From a virus: DNA of 64,000 bases. The stretch covers positions 9,369-73,368 of the IMG/VR virus record IMGVR_UViG_3300032307_000646. One strand, 5' to 3'. The translations under genes were made by a program, and so were the position numbers. Every line of letters begins with the position of its first letter. The first letter of the stretch is position 1. Of this stretch, positions 45,403 through 54,951 are shown piece by piece. The notes beneath the pieces were generated by a model. The model ran no database searches and was not told the origin of the DNA. It worked only from the letters and a program-made list of their open reading frames with translations.

Positions 45403-45558
45403 TTATTCTTTTTCTACAGTAAATAGTCTTAAAAAGTCTTTAAGTCCTAAATTTTTAATTTTAGCAAAATGTTTTGCCGCGTTTAATCTTGAGCTGTATA
45501 ATGACGTTCTGCCAATAGCTTCTTTTGTTTTATCGGATTTGCTATAAAAAATGATCAT
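45403..45558 (-). CDS. small protein, 51 aa (not in ORF track)
   Basis: MIIFYSKSDKTKEAIG...; TATTTAT upstream. Confidence 0.6.
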   Translation of the reverse strand: MIIFYSKSDKTKEAIGRTSLYSSRLNAAKHFAKIKNLGLKDFLRLFTVEKE

Positions 45559-45635
45559 AACTTGGTTTTAATAATAAATATTATGATTATAGGATAATTT
45601 TTGTGAATATCAAGATATTTATCTAAAAACATATT

Positions 45636-46271
45636 ATGAGCATGAAAGAAGATTTTACACCAGAAGTTAACGATGTCATCGTAGGAAAAATTGGTGAGCT
45701 TAAAAAAATACAAGCCCAGTTAGATGAAGCGTTAAAACTCTATAAGGAGTCAATAGCTGATCTAGAAGCGGCTAAAGCTAGTTTAGTACCAGAAGTGATG
45801 GAAGCTTTTAAAGGCCAAAAAGATGGTGCTGAGAAATTAAAGTTTGAATTGGATAACATGGTTGTTGAAATCGTTCAGGAATCTGAGAGATTAACAACAT
45901 CTTATAAAGACGCTTTTGATACAGCTTTAACTAAAGTGAACGAGAACACTAAGAAAGTTTTACAACAAATTTTAGAGAGTTCTAAAGTTGCTTCTAAAGT
46001 TAAAGGTCAATTAAAAATCGATAGCACAAAAGTTTACGAAGGCGCTATGATGGATTGGCTTGGTTCTGTAAAGGATTGGTTAACCACAGCTTTCAATAAA
46101 GTTAATGTCTTCTCAAGTAGAGCCGAAGAAGGTCTAGATGAAATCAGCGCCATGATTAAAAATTATGACGAAGAGCAAGAAAATATGTACGCTAGTAAAA
46201 ACATGGATGATGTTGAGTCTGGGGCTATTTACGAATCTATTGATAGAATGAAAAAAATAATAAATTTTTAA
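45636..46271 (+). CDS. coiled-coil protein with C-terminal ESIDRMKKII peptide
   Basis: ORF with TATTTAT upstream. Confidence 0.8.
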   Translation: MSMKEDFTPEVNDVIVGKIGELKKIQAQLDEALKLYKESIADLEAAKASLVPEVMEAFKGQKDGAEKLKFELDNMVVEIVQESERLTTSYKDAFDTALTKVNENTKKVLQQILESSKVASKVKGQLKIDSTKVYEGAMMDWLGSVKDWLTTAFNKVNVFSSRAEEGLDEISAMIKNYDEEQENMYASKNMDDVESGAIYESIDRMKKIINF

Positions 46272-46283
46272 TAATTAATTACA

Positions 46284-46436
46284 ATGGCGGCACCAAAAAA
46301 AGGTAGTTCATCTAACGTTAAGGTTTTTAAAAGTAACCCTAAGAAAAGTAGAAAGGGTATACACAAAAAATCTAAAGCTAGTAAACACAAAGGAAGTAAA
46401 AACTACAAGAAGGCTTACAGAGGCCAAGGTAGGTAA
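46284..46436 (+). CDS. small highly basic protein, 50 aa (not in ORF track)
   Basis: MAAPKKGSSS...KNYKKAYRGQGR. Confidence 0.75.
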   Translation: MAAPKKGSSSNVKVFKSNPKKSRKGIHKKSKASKHKGSKNYKKAYRGQGR

Positions 46437-46572
46437 GATAACCGTAGAGGGTAGGTAAAGAAGTAACTTTAGAAGTAATTTTAACCTGGTAGGGATCTAA
46501 CTATGAATAAATCGTGGATTTTCCCAAACCAATACGTATAGAAGCGTAAAGTCGTCATTCAATAACCTCTAT

Positions 46573-46603
46573 AAAAAAACCACCCAATGGGTGGTTTTTC
46601 TTT
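46573..46603. terminator. bidirectional intrinsic terminator
   Basis: AAAAAACCACCC-AAT-GGGTGGTTTTT. Confidence 0.85.
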
Positions 46604-48004
46604 TTATATCTCGTCAAATATCATAAAATACAATTCTTCTTTTGGGCGAGTAACGGCCACGTAGTGTATATTACGGCCTTCTTCATCAACGTCACCATCA
46701 TCTGTGATAAAAGAGTACTCGGAAAGATCATGCGTCATACTACCGTATTTAATTAACATCTCTGGGTCAGATGAATTAACAACAACACATCTTGGGAACT
46801 CCCTACCCTTACTTTTATGTATTGATGTGATGAACACATCGGATCCAGAATTTTCCTCGATAAAATCGATAAAATCTTGGTTGTTGATGAAGTATGGTAA
46901 AACCTCGTTTAACTTTTTCTTGAGCGCATCGGTTATGTTAGATTTCTTAACATTCTCCAAATCGGTTTTGGTTATGTAGTTAAAATACCTCATAGGTATT
47001 TTTTTCTTCAACGCCTGTCTTTCAAGTTCCTTGATAACGTTATTTGTTCTAACTAAAACGGTAAGCGGTTTACCGTCAACCATCATTTCAAATAAACGTT
47101 TCTTTGAGATATATTTCTCATCGACAAAACCATCATGTTCCGATTCTGGGATAGCCCTTAGTGAGCTAAATTTATTGGCATTTTCAACGATATTTCTATG
47201 CGACCTGAAATTTTTTGTTAGTGTCAACTCAACAACCGTTTTCTTTTGTTTAAGTAATGACTCAATTTTTTCACAGTTAGCCCCAGAAAATCCGTATATG
47301 GATTGGTTTTTATCACCAATTAAGTAGTATTGTTTAGCGTTAATCGATGATAATATCTTCATTTGAAGTGTTGAAGTATCTTGATATTCATCAATAAAAA
47401 TGTAGTCATACATACCGTTAAAAAAATCACGGTGTTTGGGATCCTTTGATAATTTCTCAGTGTCAATTAACATATCGGAGAAATCTCTACTATTAGTTTC
47501 TTTTAAGAAAGCAACATAGTGATCGTAGTAATTTGGTTTGGGTGCTTTAACACCATCATAGAATTGTAATTTGTATGCTGAAAAAGATGAGGAAATACTC
47601 GCCCCTTCTTCGTAGAACTTTTCAATGGTTTTATAGTAATCCTCTCTAATCTTCCTCGGATCTTTAAAAGAAGGTTTTTTCTTATCGCGATACCAGTTAA
47701 TAAAATCGTAGAAGGTTACAATTGGTTTGAACTTACCCAACTTACCCAAAACGCTACTTGTAAAACTATGTATTGTTGTTATCTTCACCTCACTATCAAT
47801 ACGGTTACGTAATTCGTTAACCGCATCATTAGTGAATGAGAAAAATATTATTTTACTTGGGTCGACACCGATTTCAAGTAAATGATTCAACCTACCCACT
47901 GTGGAGTGTGTTTTACCGCTACCAGCTGTCGCTGACAATATTATGGACTCTGGTCCACTAAACTCAATAAAATCAAGTTGTTCCTTAGTATATCCTTTTT
48001 TCAT
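46604..48004 (-). CDS. UvrD/Rep-like SF1 helicase
   Basis: ATAGSGKT; IDEYQD; IGDKNQSIYGF; NFRS; SIHKSKGREF; YVAVTR. Confidence 0.92.
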   Translation of the reverse strand: MKKGYTKEQLDFIEFSGPESIILSATAGSGKTHSTVGRLNHLLEIGVDPSKIIFFSFTNDAVNELRNRIDSEVKITTIHSFTSSVLGKLGKFKPIVTFYDFINWYRDKKKPSFKDPRKIREDYYKTIEKFYEEGASISSSFSAYKLQFYDGVKAPKPNYYDHYVAFLKETNSRDFSDMLIDTEKLSKDPKHRDFFNGMYDYIFIDEYQDTSTLQMKILSSINAKQYYLIGDKNQSIYGFSGANCEKIESLLKQKKTVVELTLTKNFRSHRNIVENANKFSSLRAIPESEHDGFVDEKYISKKRLFEMMVDGKPLTVLVRTNNVIKELERQALKKKIPMRYFNYITKTDLENVKKSNITDALKKKLNEVLPYFINNQDFIDFIEENSGSDVFITSIHKSKGREFPRCVVVNSSDPEMLIKYGSMTHDLSEYSFITDDGDVDEEGRNIHYVAVTRPKEELYFMIFDEI

Positions 48005-48062
48005 ACCACAAAACTAATAAATTATTTGTTCGTAAACAAATTTTTTTCTAATTTTGTGACAT

Positions 48063-48617
48063 ATGGGTATTCTAACATTTAAAGATGCTTTTGATAAGCA
48101 CAGAAAAAAATTCAGTGTTATTCGACTGAATGATAAAGAGATTCACAACTGTGTTCATTACATCAGGTCTGTTGTAAAACAACAATGTAACACCGCAAAA
48201 TTAACACAAAATAATCAGAAATATAAGGATATGTTTCTGGAGATATGCGCGATAACCGCCATATCGAATAGAGTTGATTACCCTTTTATTGATTACAAAA
48301 ACACAAAAACACCCCCTATAGATCAATTTAGAAGTGTTGTTGGTAAGTGGTTTGACATCATTATTTTCAACTATAACGAGTTCCCGATCTTTTACCACCC
48401 AATGCATAAAAAAGCGATATTCGTTTGTAAATTAAGTGATACCGAGTTTGTTATATGCGGATTCGGTACGAGATACGTGATAAACAGCTTCCATTCAAAA
48501 TCTTTAATTCAGAATCATGTTATAAGGGAGCAATCAACTATGAGCGCCTTCTATGGCTTTGAACATCTTAGAGGTATACCAAATAATATTTACGATTTTA
48601 AGAACTTAACCCAATAA
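48063..48617 (+). CDS. hypothetical protein
   Basis: 184-aa ORF; divergent sigma-A-type promoters at 48009-48056. Confidence 0.75.
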   Translation: MGILTFKDAFDKHRKKFSVIRLNDKEIHNCVHYIRSVVKQQCNTAKLTQNNQKYKDMFLEICAITAISNRVDYPFIDYKNTKTPPIDQFRSVVGKWFDIIIFNYNEFPIFYHPMHKKAIFVCKLSDTEFVICGFGTRYVINSFHSKSLIQNHVIREQSTMSAFYGFEHLRGIPNNIYDFKNLTQ

Positions 48618-48643
48618 TTCGATATTTATAATAAAACAAAATT

Positions 48644-49339
48644 ATGGGTAAGAAAGTTTATAAAATGACTGAAGATCAAGTTGCTTCTGTTTTGAACAGA
48701 AAGAAAGAGGGTGTTATCGCTGATATGCCAGCACCAGGTTTAAAACTAAGTAATGAGGGGTCAGATAAGAAAACAAAATATAAAATCACTGAGGACCAAC
48801 TAAAAAGAATCTTTAATGAGTTAGGTAAAAAAGCTGTTGATGAGATGGATAACTACAACTATCCAATGGGTTCCGATACACCTGACGCGCCATGGAATCA
48901 AAATGATGATAATATTAAACAAGGTGAATCTGTTGGTGGTGACTACGTTGGTGTTTTTACCGCTCAAGGTGAATTCTTATTGAAGAATAAACAAACTAAT
49001 GAGTTGCTTTATAGTTTAACTGATGTCTGGTATGATATATATGCTGAATTAGAAGACTATTTAGATGTTCCACAAGAAGAAGAAGAGGACGAGGATGGTA
49101 GATATATGACAGCGGCTAGCGACTGGAAAGATCATATCACAAATGATGAGTTATTAGAAGCTTTGGCTAGTTACATTAATGACAAGGCTAAAAGAAATCA
49201 GGATTTAAAAATCACCGATACTATCGAGTCATGGGATAATGCTGAACATGAGTTTTTATTAGTTAAGCCAGAAACTATCGAAGCGATAGGGTCAAAACCA
49301 GTTGTTGAAAAAGCAAAAGCTCTGCTTGGTTTAAATTAA
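48644..49339 (+). CDS. acidic protein with a repeated YK.TEDQ peptide
   Basis: KVYKMTEDQV and KYKITEDQL; NYPMG...APWN. Confidence 0.8.
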   Translation: MGKKVYKMTEDQVASVLNRKKEGVIADMPAPGLKLSNEGSDKKTKYKITEDQLKRIFNELGKKAVDEMDNYNYPMGSDTPDAPWNQNDDNIKQGESVGGDYVGVFTAQGEFLLKNKQTNELLYSLTDVWYDIYAELEDYLDVPQEEEEDEDGRYMTAASDWKDHITNDELLEALASYINDKAKRNQDLKITDTIESWDNAEHEFLLVKPETIEAIGSKPVVEKAKALLGLN

Positions 49340-49680
49340 AATATTTCTTTATATTCATGGGGTACCTCAACATAGATATGGGTGTACCCCATTTTTTTTG
49401 CGGCAATTATTCTATGTCTACCATCAATAACACCTATTTTATTACCTTCAAGACCCAACAAGACTGGTTCAAAATAACTCTTTCTATGTAGATTTCTTTT
49501 AATAAAGCTAACAGCATCTTTAATTCTTTTAACACTGACATCGTTTTTAGTGTCAGGGTTAACGAAATACTCTGGCGAATCTTTTTTTAAACGAGTTATC
49601 AATGAATCAACCCCAACTAACACTAATTGGTTATTATCCGAATCAACTAAAACGTATTGGTCCTCTTGTAAGTATTTCAT
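49336..49680 (-). CDS. ParB/Srx-like domain protein (start revised to MKYLQED)
   Basis: VIDGRHRI.AA; ATG 4 nt after TATATTTG. Confidence 0.75.
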   Translation of the reverse strand: MKYLQEDQYVLVDSDNNQLVLVGVDSLITRLKKDSPEYFVNPDTKNDVSVKRIKDAVSFIKRNLHRKSYFEPVLLGLEGNKIGVIDGRHRIIAAKKMGYTHIYVEVPHEYKEIF

Positions 49681-49759
49681 AGGGCAAATATATAAAATTA
49701 GTTTACTAAAACCAAAATTTTTACTAGATTTAATGATATTTATTATTAAAAGAAATGTT

Positions 49760-50812
49760 ATGATTGTTACTAAAAAAGATATTATGGAAACCATGGGAGA
49801 AAAAAGTTTTTCCGAGGATAGTTCAGGGACAAGTGGTGTTGATAGTACTTCTGGTTCGTCATTACCAAGACGTTTAATTAACAAGGGTTTTGACTGGCTT
49901 AACAGTAAAATCAAAAAAGTTGGGGATGCTATTGCGTCAAGAAACGAAAACTTAACCATTGAGGTTATTGATGAATTGTTTAGTATACATGAGGAATGTG
50001 AGAACCCTAGTTTTTTTATATCAAAAGACATAAAAAATTTTGGTGAGCCTATGATGGAAAAATCTGGTGATTGTTACCAGGTCGCCGTAAACCCAAAATA
50101 TAAAGACTTATCTTTTGTTTTTGAAACTATTAAAGAGATGTATGATAACAACGAATTCTCTGGTATGTTATCAGAATCAGAAGTTGTTTGCGAAGAATGT
50201 TTAGAAATAAACGTTGAGAAAAAATTACTAGAGAACATGGATGTTTGGATGAGTAAATACCAGATATCTGAAGATGTTATGCACCATTTAAATAACAGTG
50301 TTCCTTTGTTAGAGAATATTTACAGACCAGGTAGTCCAAAACACGCCATGGTAATTAAAGAAACCAGAGAGTTGTGGGAAAAGGGTGCTTTAAATGTTTC
50401 TGAGTTAAGTAAAAAATTATTCGAGAATACTGATTTGGGTAAATTTGATTTGTATGAAGGTGCAATGGTACCATTAGATTTACCATTTACAGTGGATATG
50501 ACAGAGGAAGAGATTCTTGCTGAGGCAAAGTACCAAGGTAAGGAAGTTGAGCTCGGAAAACCCAAAAGAGGGGGTTCTAAAAAATTCTACGTTTATGTAA
50601 GAAAACCAGGTGGTGGTGTTAAAAAGGTCTCATTTGGTGACACAACTGGTTTATCTGTTAAATTAAACAACCCAGAAGCCCGTAAATCATTTGCTAAAAG
50701 ACACGATTGTGCAAATAAAAAAGATAGAACTAAAGCGTCTTACTGGTCATGTAGATTACCTAGATACGCTAGTTTGCTTGGTTTAAAATCTAAGTTTGGT
50801 GGGTACTGGTAA
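49760..50812 (+). CDS. conserved phage protein (start revised to MIVTKK)
   Basis: C-terminal YQGK.V.L.KP.RGGSKKFYVYV...RHDC...YWSC; TATTTAT upstream. Confidence 0.8.
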   Translation: MIVTKKDIMETMGEKSFSEDSSGTSGVDSTSGSSLPRRLINKGFDWLNSKIKKVGDAIASRNENLTIEVIDELFSIHEECENPSFFISKDIKNFGEPMMEKSGDCYQVAVNPKYKDLSFVFETIKEMYDNNEFSGMLSESEVVCEECLEINVEKKLLENMDVWMSKYQISEDVMHHLNNSVPLLENIYRPGSPKHAMVIKETRELWEKGALNVSELSKKLFENTDLGKFDLYEGAMVPLDLPFTVDMTEEEILAEAKYQGKEVELGKPKRGGSKKFYVYVRKPGGGVKKVSFGDTTGLSVKLNNPEARKSFAKRHDCANKKDRTKASYWSCRLPRYASLLGLKSKFGGYW

Positions 50813-51074
50813 ACCATATTCGGATATCGCGATATACGATAATTGTGTTATAAGAGAGTTTGGTGAGGATATCGATCCGATTGAACTTATGTGGCATAGG
50901 GATAATGAGGATAGAGTTGTAGAGGTTTTAAACCAAACTGATTGGCTTTTTCAGTATGATAATGAGTTACCTATCCCGTTAAAAGAAAATGTCTCACTAA
51001 AAATAGCGAGACATGACTGGCATAGGGTTATAAAAGGTACTGGTAACCTAAGGTTAAAGATAACTAAAAGTTAA
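50796..51074 (+). CDS. small cupin-like protein
   Basis: WHRD.EDR...WHRVIKG; start uncertain. Confidence 0.65.
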   Translation: MVGTGKPYSDIAIYDNCVIREFGEDIDPIELMWHRDNEDRVVEVLNQTDWLFQYDNELPIPLKENVSLKIARHDWHRVIKGTGNLRLKITKS

Positions 51075-51453
51075 TTCTACAAGTACCGTAAACATTTTTA
51101 GAACCATCTTCTTCACCTAAATCATCTAACCACTGAAGACTAGAGTTTGGCCCACCATAAAATATAAAGTTTGAGTTATCGTCCATAAATTTTTCCTCAC
51201 CGCCTTCTGGTACGATTATCTCAACACCCTGTAATTGTATGGGTTGATCTTTCCTTTCGTAATTTATTACACCACCGTAACTAAAAACGTATAAGGGTTT
51301 ATACTTAGCAAACCTTCTAAATAACTCAATATTGATTTTCCTATCACACTTTATGTCCCTGCTAAAGGTGTAGCATAACATTTCAGCTGTAGCCCTATCA
51401 ACTTTAAAATTGTGTACTGATAATATCTCAGCTACGGGATTTTCGTAAATCAT
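51064..51453 (-). CDS. hypothetical protein
   Basis: 129-aa ORF. Confidence 0.7.
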   Translation of the reverse strand: MIYENPVAEILSVHNFKVDRATAEMLCYTFSRDIKCDRKINIELFRRFAKYKPLYVFSYGGVINYERKDQPIQLQGVEIIVPEGGEEKFMDDNSNFIFYGGPNSSLQWLDDLGEEDGSKNVYGTCRINF

Positions 51454-51997
51454 TCACCAAATTATCTATCTTATCGTACAGATCATGTAAAGTACGATCG
51501 TTTATTATTTCGGTTGTAATACCAACAATAGAATCCATTTCTTTTTCAGATGCGTGCTCATCACCAGTACTTAGATTTGGTCTTTGCACTGACAATATTG
51601 TGCCACCCATCTTTAATATCGCATCAACTTCATGTTGAAATCTAACATCGCAAATAACGACATCCAGATCTTTATTTTGGTTATACCATTGTTCAAAACG
51701 TTTAACCCAAAAACTTCTTCCAAATACTTGTAATTCTGGTATGTATTTTGGCATATCATATTGGAAAACTTCAGTACCCATTATCTGTAGTACTAATCTT
51801 GGGGTTATCCCCCAGGTTGGGTCAATTTCATCTTTAGCGTCACCAAAAACTTGGTCTTCAGTGAAACCAAATAATTCCATGGCCCCACGTTTAATTGGGT
51901 TGGCGAAACTATATTTTACAAAATTTTTGTTAGCGACAAGGTAATCACCTGTGGTGTCTTTACCCGAACGTTTTTTTCCTAGAACTCCTATTATCAT
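51428..51997 (-). CDS. deoxynucleoside monophosphate kinase (T4 gp1-like)
   Basis: GKKRSGKDT; TPR..LQ.MGTE; DVRFQHE; HASE. Confidence 0.9.
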   Translation of the reverse strand: MIIGVLGKKRSGKDTTGDYLVANKNFVKYSFANPIKRGAMELFGFTEDQVFGDAKDEIDPTWGITPRLVLQIMGTEVFQYDMPKYIPELQVFGRSFWVKRFEQWYNQNKDLDVVICDVRFQHEVDAILKMGGTILSVQRPNLSTGDEHASEKEMDSIVGITTEIINDRTLHDLYDKIDNLVNDLRKSRS

Positions 51998-52063
51998 ATT
52001 AACTTATTTGTACAAATATAATAAAAACGTTTTAAAAAAACAAATCCCCTTTCGGGGATTTTA

Positions 52064-52636
52064 TTATCTTTTTAAAAATTCGTCCATTACGGATTTTTGT
52101 ATTCTTCTTAGATATTCATTTGGTTGCTCTTGCATTGGCTCCTCTGGAGCTGTGTCAACTGGGGCCTCATCTGGGGCTGGTTCCGCATCTGTTGTATCCT
52201 CGGAGTCTTTGTTTTGAAGTTTACTTAACATGTCAGCCATATCCTCTTCATTAACCTTTGTCATGTCGATTGCCGATAAAATAGAGTTAACAACATATTT
52301 GTAATCCTTAGATTCCAATTCTTGTGCACCGTCTCTCATTTTTTGTGTCAACTTACCAGTTAATTTTTGAACTGTTTTTAAAATCGGTTCGTCTGGGTTT
52401 TCATCACCTTCTGGTGCTTCAGCTGGGGTATCAACTGGCGCGTCACCAGTTGTGTCAACACCCATATCTTCTGGCATTTCGGCCGAGAAATCTGTTGCCA
52501 TATCGGTAGGTTCTTCTGTTGGCGCGGAAGCCGACATGTCATCACCTGTATTAACAGAAGAAGCTGGCTCCGTATTAGCAGAACCAGCTCCTTTTAATTT
52601 AAGAATGTAACGCTCAGTTAAGCTTTTTTTTTTAAA
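52064..52636 (-). CDS. acidic protein; -1-frame continuation of 52618-52986
   Basis: Frame is open from the T4A10 run to the stop at 52064; IQKLTGKL.Q..R-like and KYV.NSILSA motifs. Confidence 0.65.
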   Translation of the reverse strand, partial: FKKKSLTERYILKLKGAGSANTEPASSVNTGDDMSASAPTEEPTDMATDFSAEMPEDMGVDTTGDAPVDTPAEAPEGDENPDEPILKTVQKLTGKLTQKMRDGAQELESKDYKYVVNSILSAIDMTKVNEEDMADMLSKLQNKDSEDTTDAEPAPDEAPVDTAPEEPMQEQPNEYLRRIQKSVMDEFLKR

Positions 52637-52986
52637 ACATCGATGTTTTCTTTATAATCAACTGACTCGTTGATTTGTTTGAACATCATATTTAAATGCT
52701 TAAGAGCTTCGGCGTATGATCTATAAGAATGTTCGTGTATGTTTTGAACACCAGACAAATACTCATAACCATTTTCATTTTTTACCTTGATGTAAACGTG
52801 TTTTTCCTCTTGTACAATACCATATTCAGTACCATCAGCTGCAACAGCTTCGTGTAGAACATTGGACAAGTGACCAACCAATTGTTTATTTTCGTTGATT
52901 GATTCTTTAGACACACCAGCGATTTCAAGAATTCTGGCTAATTTTTGGTCTACGTCTTGTATTTTTTCTGAACCTACTGGTCTCAT
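52618..52986 (-). CDS. N-terminal part of a probable frameshifted virion protein
   Basis: MRPVGSEK...RILEIA; ends in GTT TTA AAA AAA AAA GCT TAA. Confidence 0.75.
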   Translation of the reverse strand: MRPVGSEKIQDVDQKLARILEIAGVSKESINENKQLVGHLSNVLHEAVAADGTEYGIVQEEKHVYIKVKNENGYEYLSGVQNIHEHSYRSYAEALKHLNMMFKQINESVDYKENIDVLKKKA

Positions 52987-53044
52987 ATCTTTGTTTTTTA
53001 AAATTCTTATTATTCTTATAAATATACGGAGTTTTAGTAAAAAA

Positions 53045-53788
53045 TCAATATTGCTCGTTTTCTAAAGATAAAAACTCATCTTTTATATCAACCCCAAGAT
53101 CTGCTAATTCATCCATATACCCAGATCTTCTTAGGTATTTAAAAACTAGATTTTCTGTACTATATTCACCAGTTGCATTTAAACCACTTTTTCTGTAAGC
53201 TCTTATTTTTTCTTTTAGTTTTTTTAGCTTAAGTAATTTAGCGTCTGGTTCTTCTTCTTTTTTAATGTCGTTTAGTTTTTTTACAAACTCCTTAACCTTT
53301 TTAATGATATCAGATTTATTAACTGGCGCTTTATCTTTACTAGGTTCTCTTCTCCATTTATTGTAGAGTATGCTATATATACCGTCAGAAGCGTCTAACT
53401 CTTCTTTAATATCTTGAACGTATAACTCAACATCAAAACCCTTAACCTTTATATTATGTTTTAAGTTATAAACTTCCTTTTTAGCTGTAAAAAACTCATC
53501 AACTAAATCAGTATCTTCATTAACCTTTTCTTTGTCAATTACGATATGTAAATCCACGTCTGAATATTCGGACCAATTATAATTAGCTAAACTACCAACA
53601 AATAAGATATCTTCAATAACAAAACTGTCTATACCAAAACTTTCAATAAAATCTTTCGCTATTGAGATGAGGTGTTCCCTAACATCTTTGTGTAATTTGA
53701 TTGTCTTAAAGTTATCTGATGAGGCATTATCCCATATATCCGAATATAGGCTTGCTCTAACAGTAAAACTTTTAATAATATTGTCCAT
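53045..53788 (-). CDS. Pol-beta-superfamily nucleotidyltransferase
   Basis: GSLANYNWSEYSDVDLH...VELYVQD. Confidence 0.8.
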   Translation of the reverse strand: MDNIIKSFTVRASLYSDIWDNASSDNFKTIKLHKDVREHLISIAKDFIESFGIDSFVIEDILFVGSLANYNWSEYSDVDLHIVIDKEKVNEDTDLVDEFFTAKKEVYNLKHNIKVKGFDVELYVQDIKEELDASDGIYSILYNKWRREPSKDKAPVNKSDIIKKVKEFVKKLNDIKKEEEPDAKLLKLKKLKEKIRAYRKSGLNATGEYSTENLVFKYLRRSGYMDELADLGVDIKDEFLSLENEQY

Positions 53789-53824
53789 ATCTAATAAATA
53801 TCAGTATTTTAAATAAAAAACACT

Positions 53825-54487
53825 TTAAATTAGATAATCGTCCTCAAATTCTTCAGAAATATAGTGTTCATCAGCTTTTTCGATCCAACCAGTGATAATA
53901 TATTTGTATTGACCATTTTTTGGCGGGTTACCACGATGCTTATGTGTCCATAAAGCTGGTGCGATAACTAATTTACCAGCTTCAGGTTTAACTTTAAGTG
54001 GGTTAAATTTAAATTCAGTTTCACCACCATCAACATCATTAAGGTAGTAGATAAAAAATAATTCTCTTTTAATTGTGATACCACCCTCGTTCTCATGGTG
54101 CCAGGCGTAATAGCCTTGGTCATCTATGTATCTTTGCATTTGCATGTGCGGTTGCCCGTTATTAGCGGCCATATAACATGATTGAGCTGTTCTTACGGCT
54201 GAAGCTTTAGTACTAAACCCACCAGTCATCGTCATAAAACTGTTGTGTTCAATATAATCAACTAAGTTACCTAGTAGATTTTCTCGTAAATAATCATAGA
54301 TGTATAACCAATTTGGGTTATCTAAATTAAGGTGGATCATTAAATCTGTTGATGATTTAACTAACTTATTAACACCAGCACCACTAATACCTTCCATTTG
54401 GTTATTTGATGTCTCAAATTCGTTTATAATAAGATTACAAACTTCTTTAGAGATAGTATTTTCGTAAATTTTAATTAAATTATCCAT
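53825..54487 (-). CDS. 2OG-Fe(II) oxygenase
   Basis: WHHE...YYLNDVDGGETEF...HKHRGNPP...KYIITGW. Confidence 0.88.
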   Translation of the reverse strand: MDNLIKIYENTISKEVCNLIINEFETSNNQMEGISGAGVNKLVKSSTDLMIHLNLDNPNWLYIYDYLRENLLGNLVDYIEHNSFMTMTGGFSTKASAVRTAQSCYMAANNGQPHMQMQRYIDDQGYYAWHHENEGGITIKRELFFIYYLNDVDGGETEFKFNPLKVKPEAGKLVIAPALWTHKHRGNPPKNGQYKYIITGWIEKADEHYISEEFEDDYLI

Positions 54488-54951
54488 TATAAATTTTTTG
54501 TATAAATAATTTTAAACGTTTCAACCCTGTCATTTAATCTTAGTGGCTTAACTTTAGTATTAGTAAAATCACATAATTCAGAATTTTTAAAGAAAACGTA
54601 AACATTACAACCAAAATTTTCCGCTATTTGGTTAGAATATTCTTTAACTTTTTTAACAAATTCCGAAAAATCATTACCATCATTATTAAAAATAATGAGT
54701 ATATCGTTTTTTTCCAACAAATTTTTATAAGTGTATACGAGATGCCCATCCTGCCAGAATTCTATTCTCCAGTCAGCTATATCAAGCATTGGATAAGCTC
54801 CCCAAGTACCACCATTCAAAACCATTTCACCAAAAAACTCACCGTTTTGGAACCACCTAACTAGATAATTTTGATCTCCGCGTATTGAGACTTTAGCCAT
54901 ATCATGAAAAGTTATGTTGGCTCTTGAGTTATACCTTACTTCTACAAACAT
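54487..54951 (-). CDS. hypothetical protein
   Basis: Coupled ORF in the operon. Confidence 0.7.
   Translation of the reverse strand: MFVEVRYNSRANITFHDMAKVSIRGDQNYLVRWFQNGEFFGEMVLNGGTWGAYPMLDIADWRIEFWQDGHLVYTYKNLLEKNDILIIFNNDGNDFSEFVKKVKEYSNQIAENFGCNVYVFFKNSELCDFTNTKVKPLRLNDRVETFKIIYTKNL

Noticed and set aside
49550-50031. Apparent long antiparallel overlap of 49336-50031 and 49550-50812
   Set aside because: It disappears with starts at 49680 (minus) and 49760 (plus), each supported by a promoter motif.
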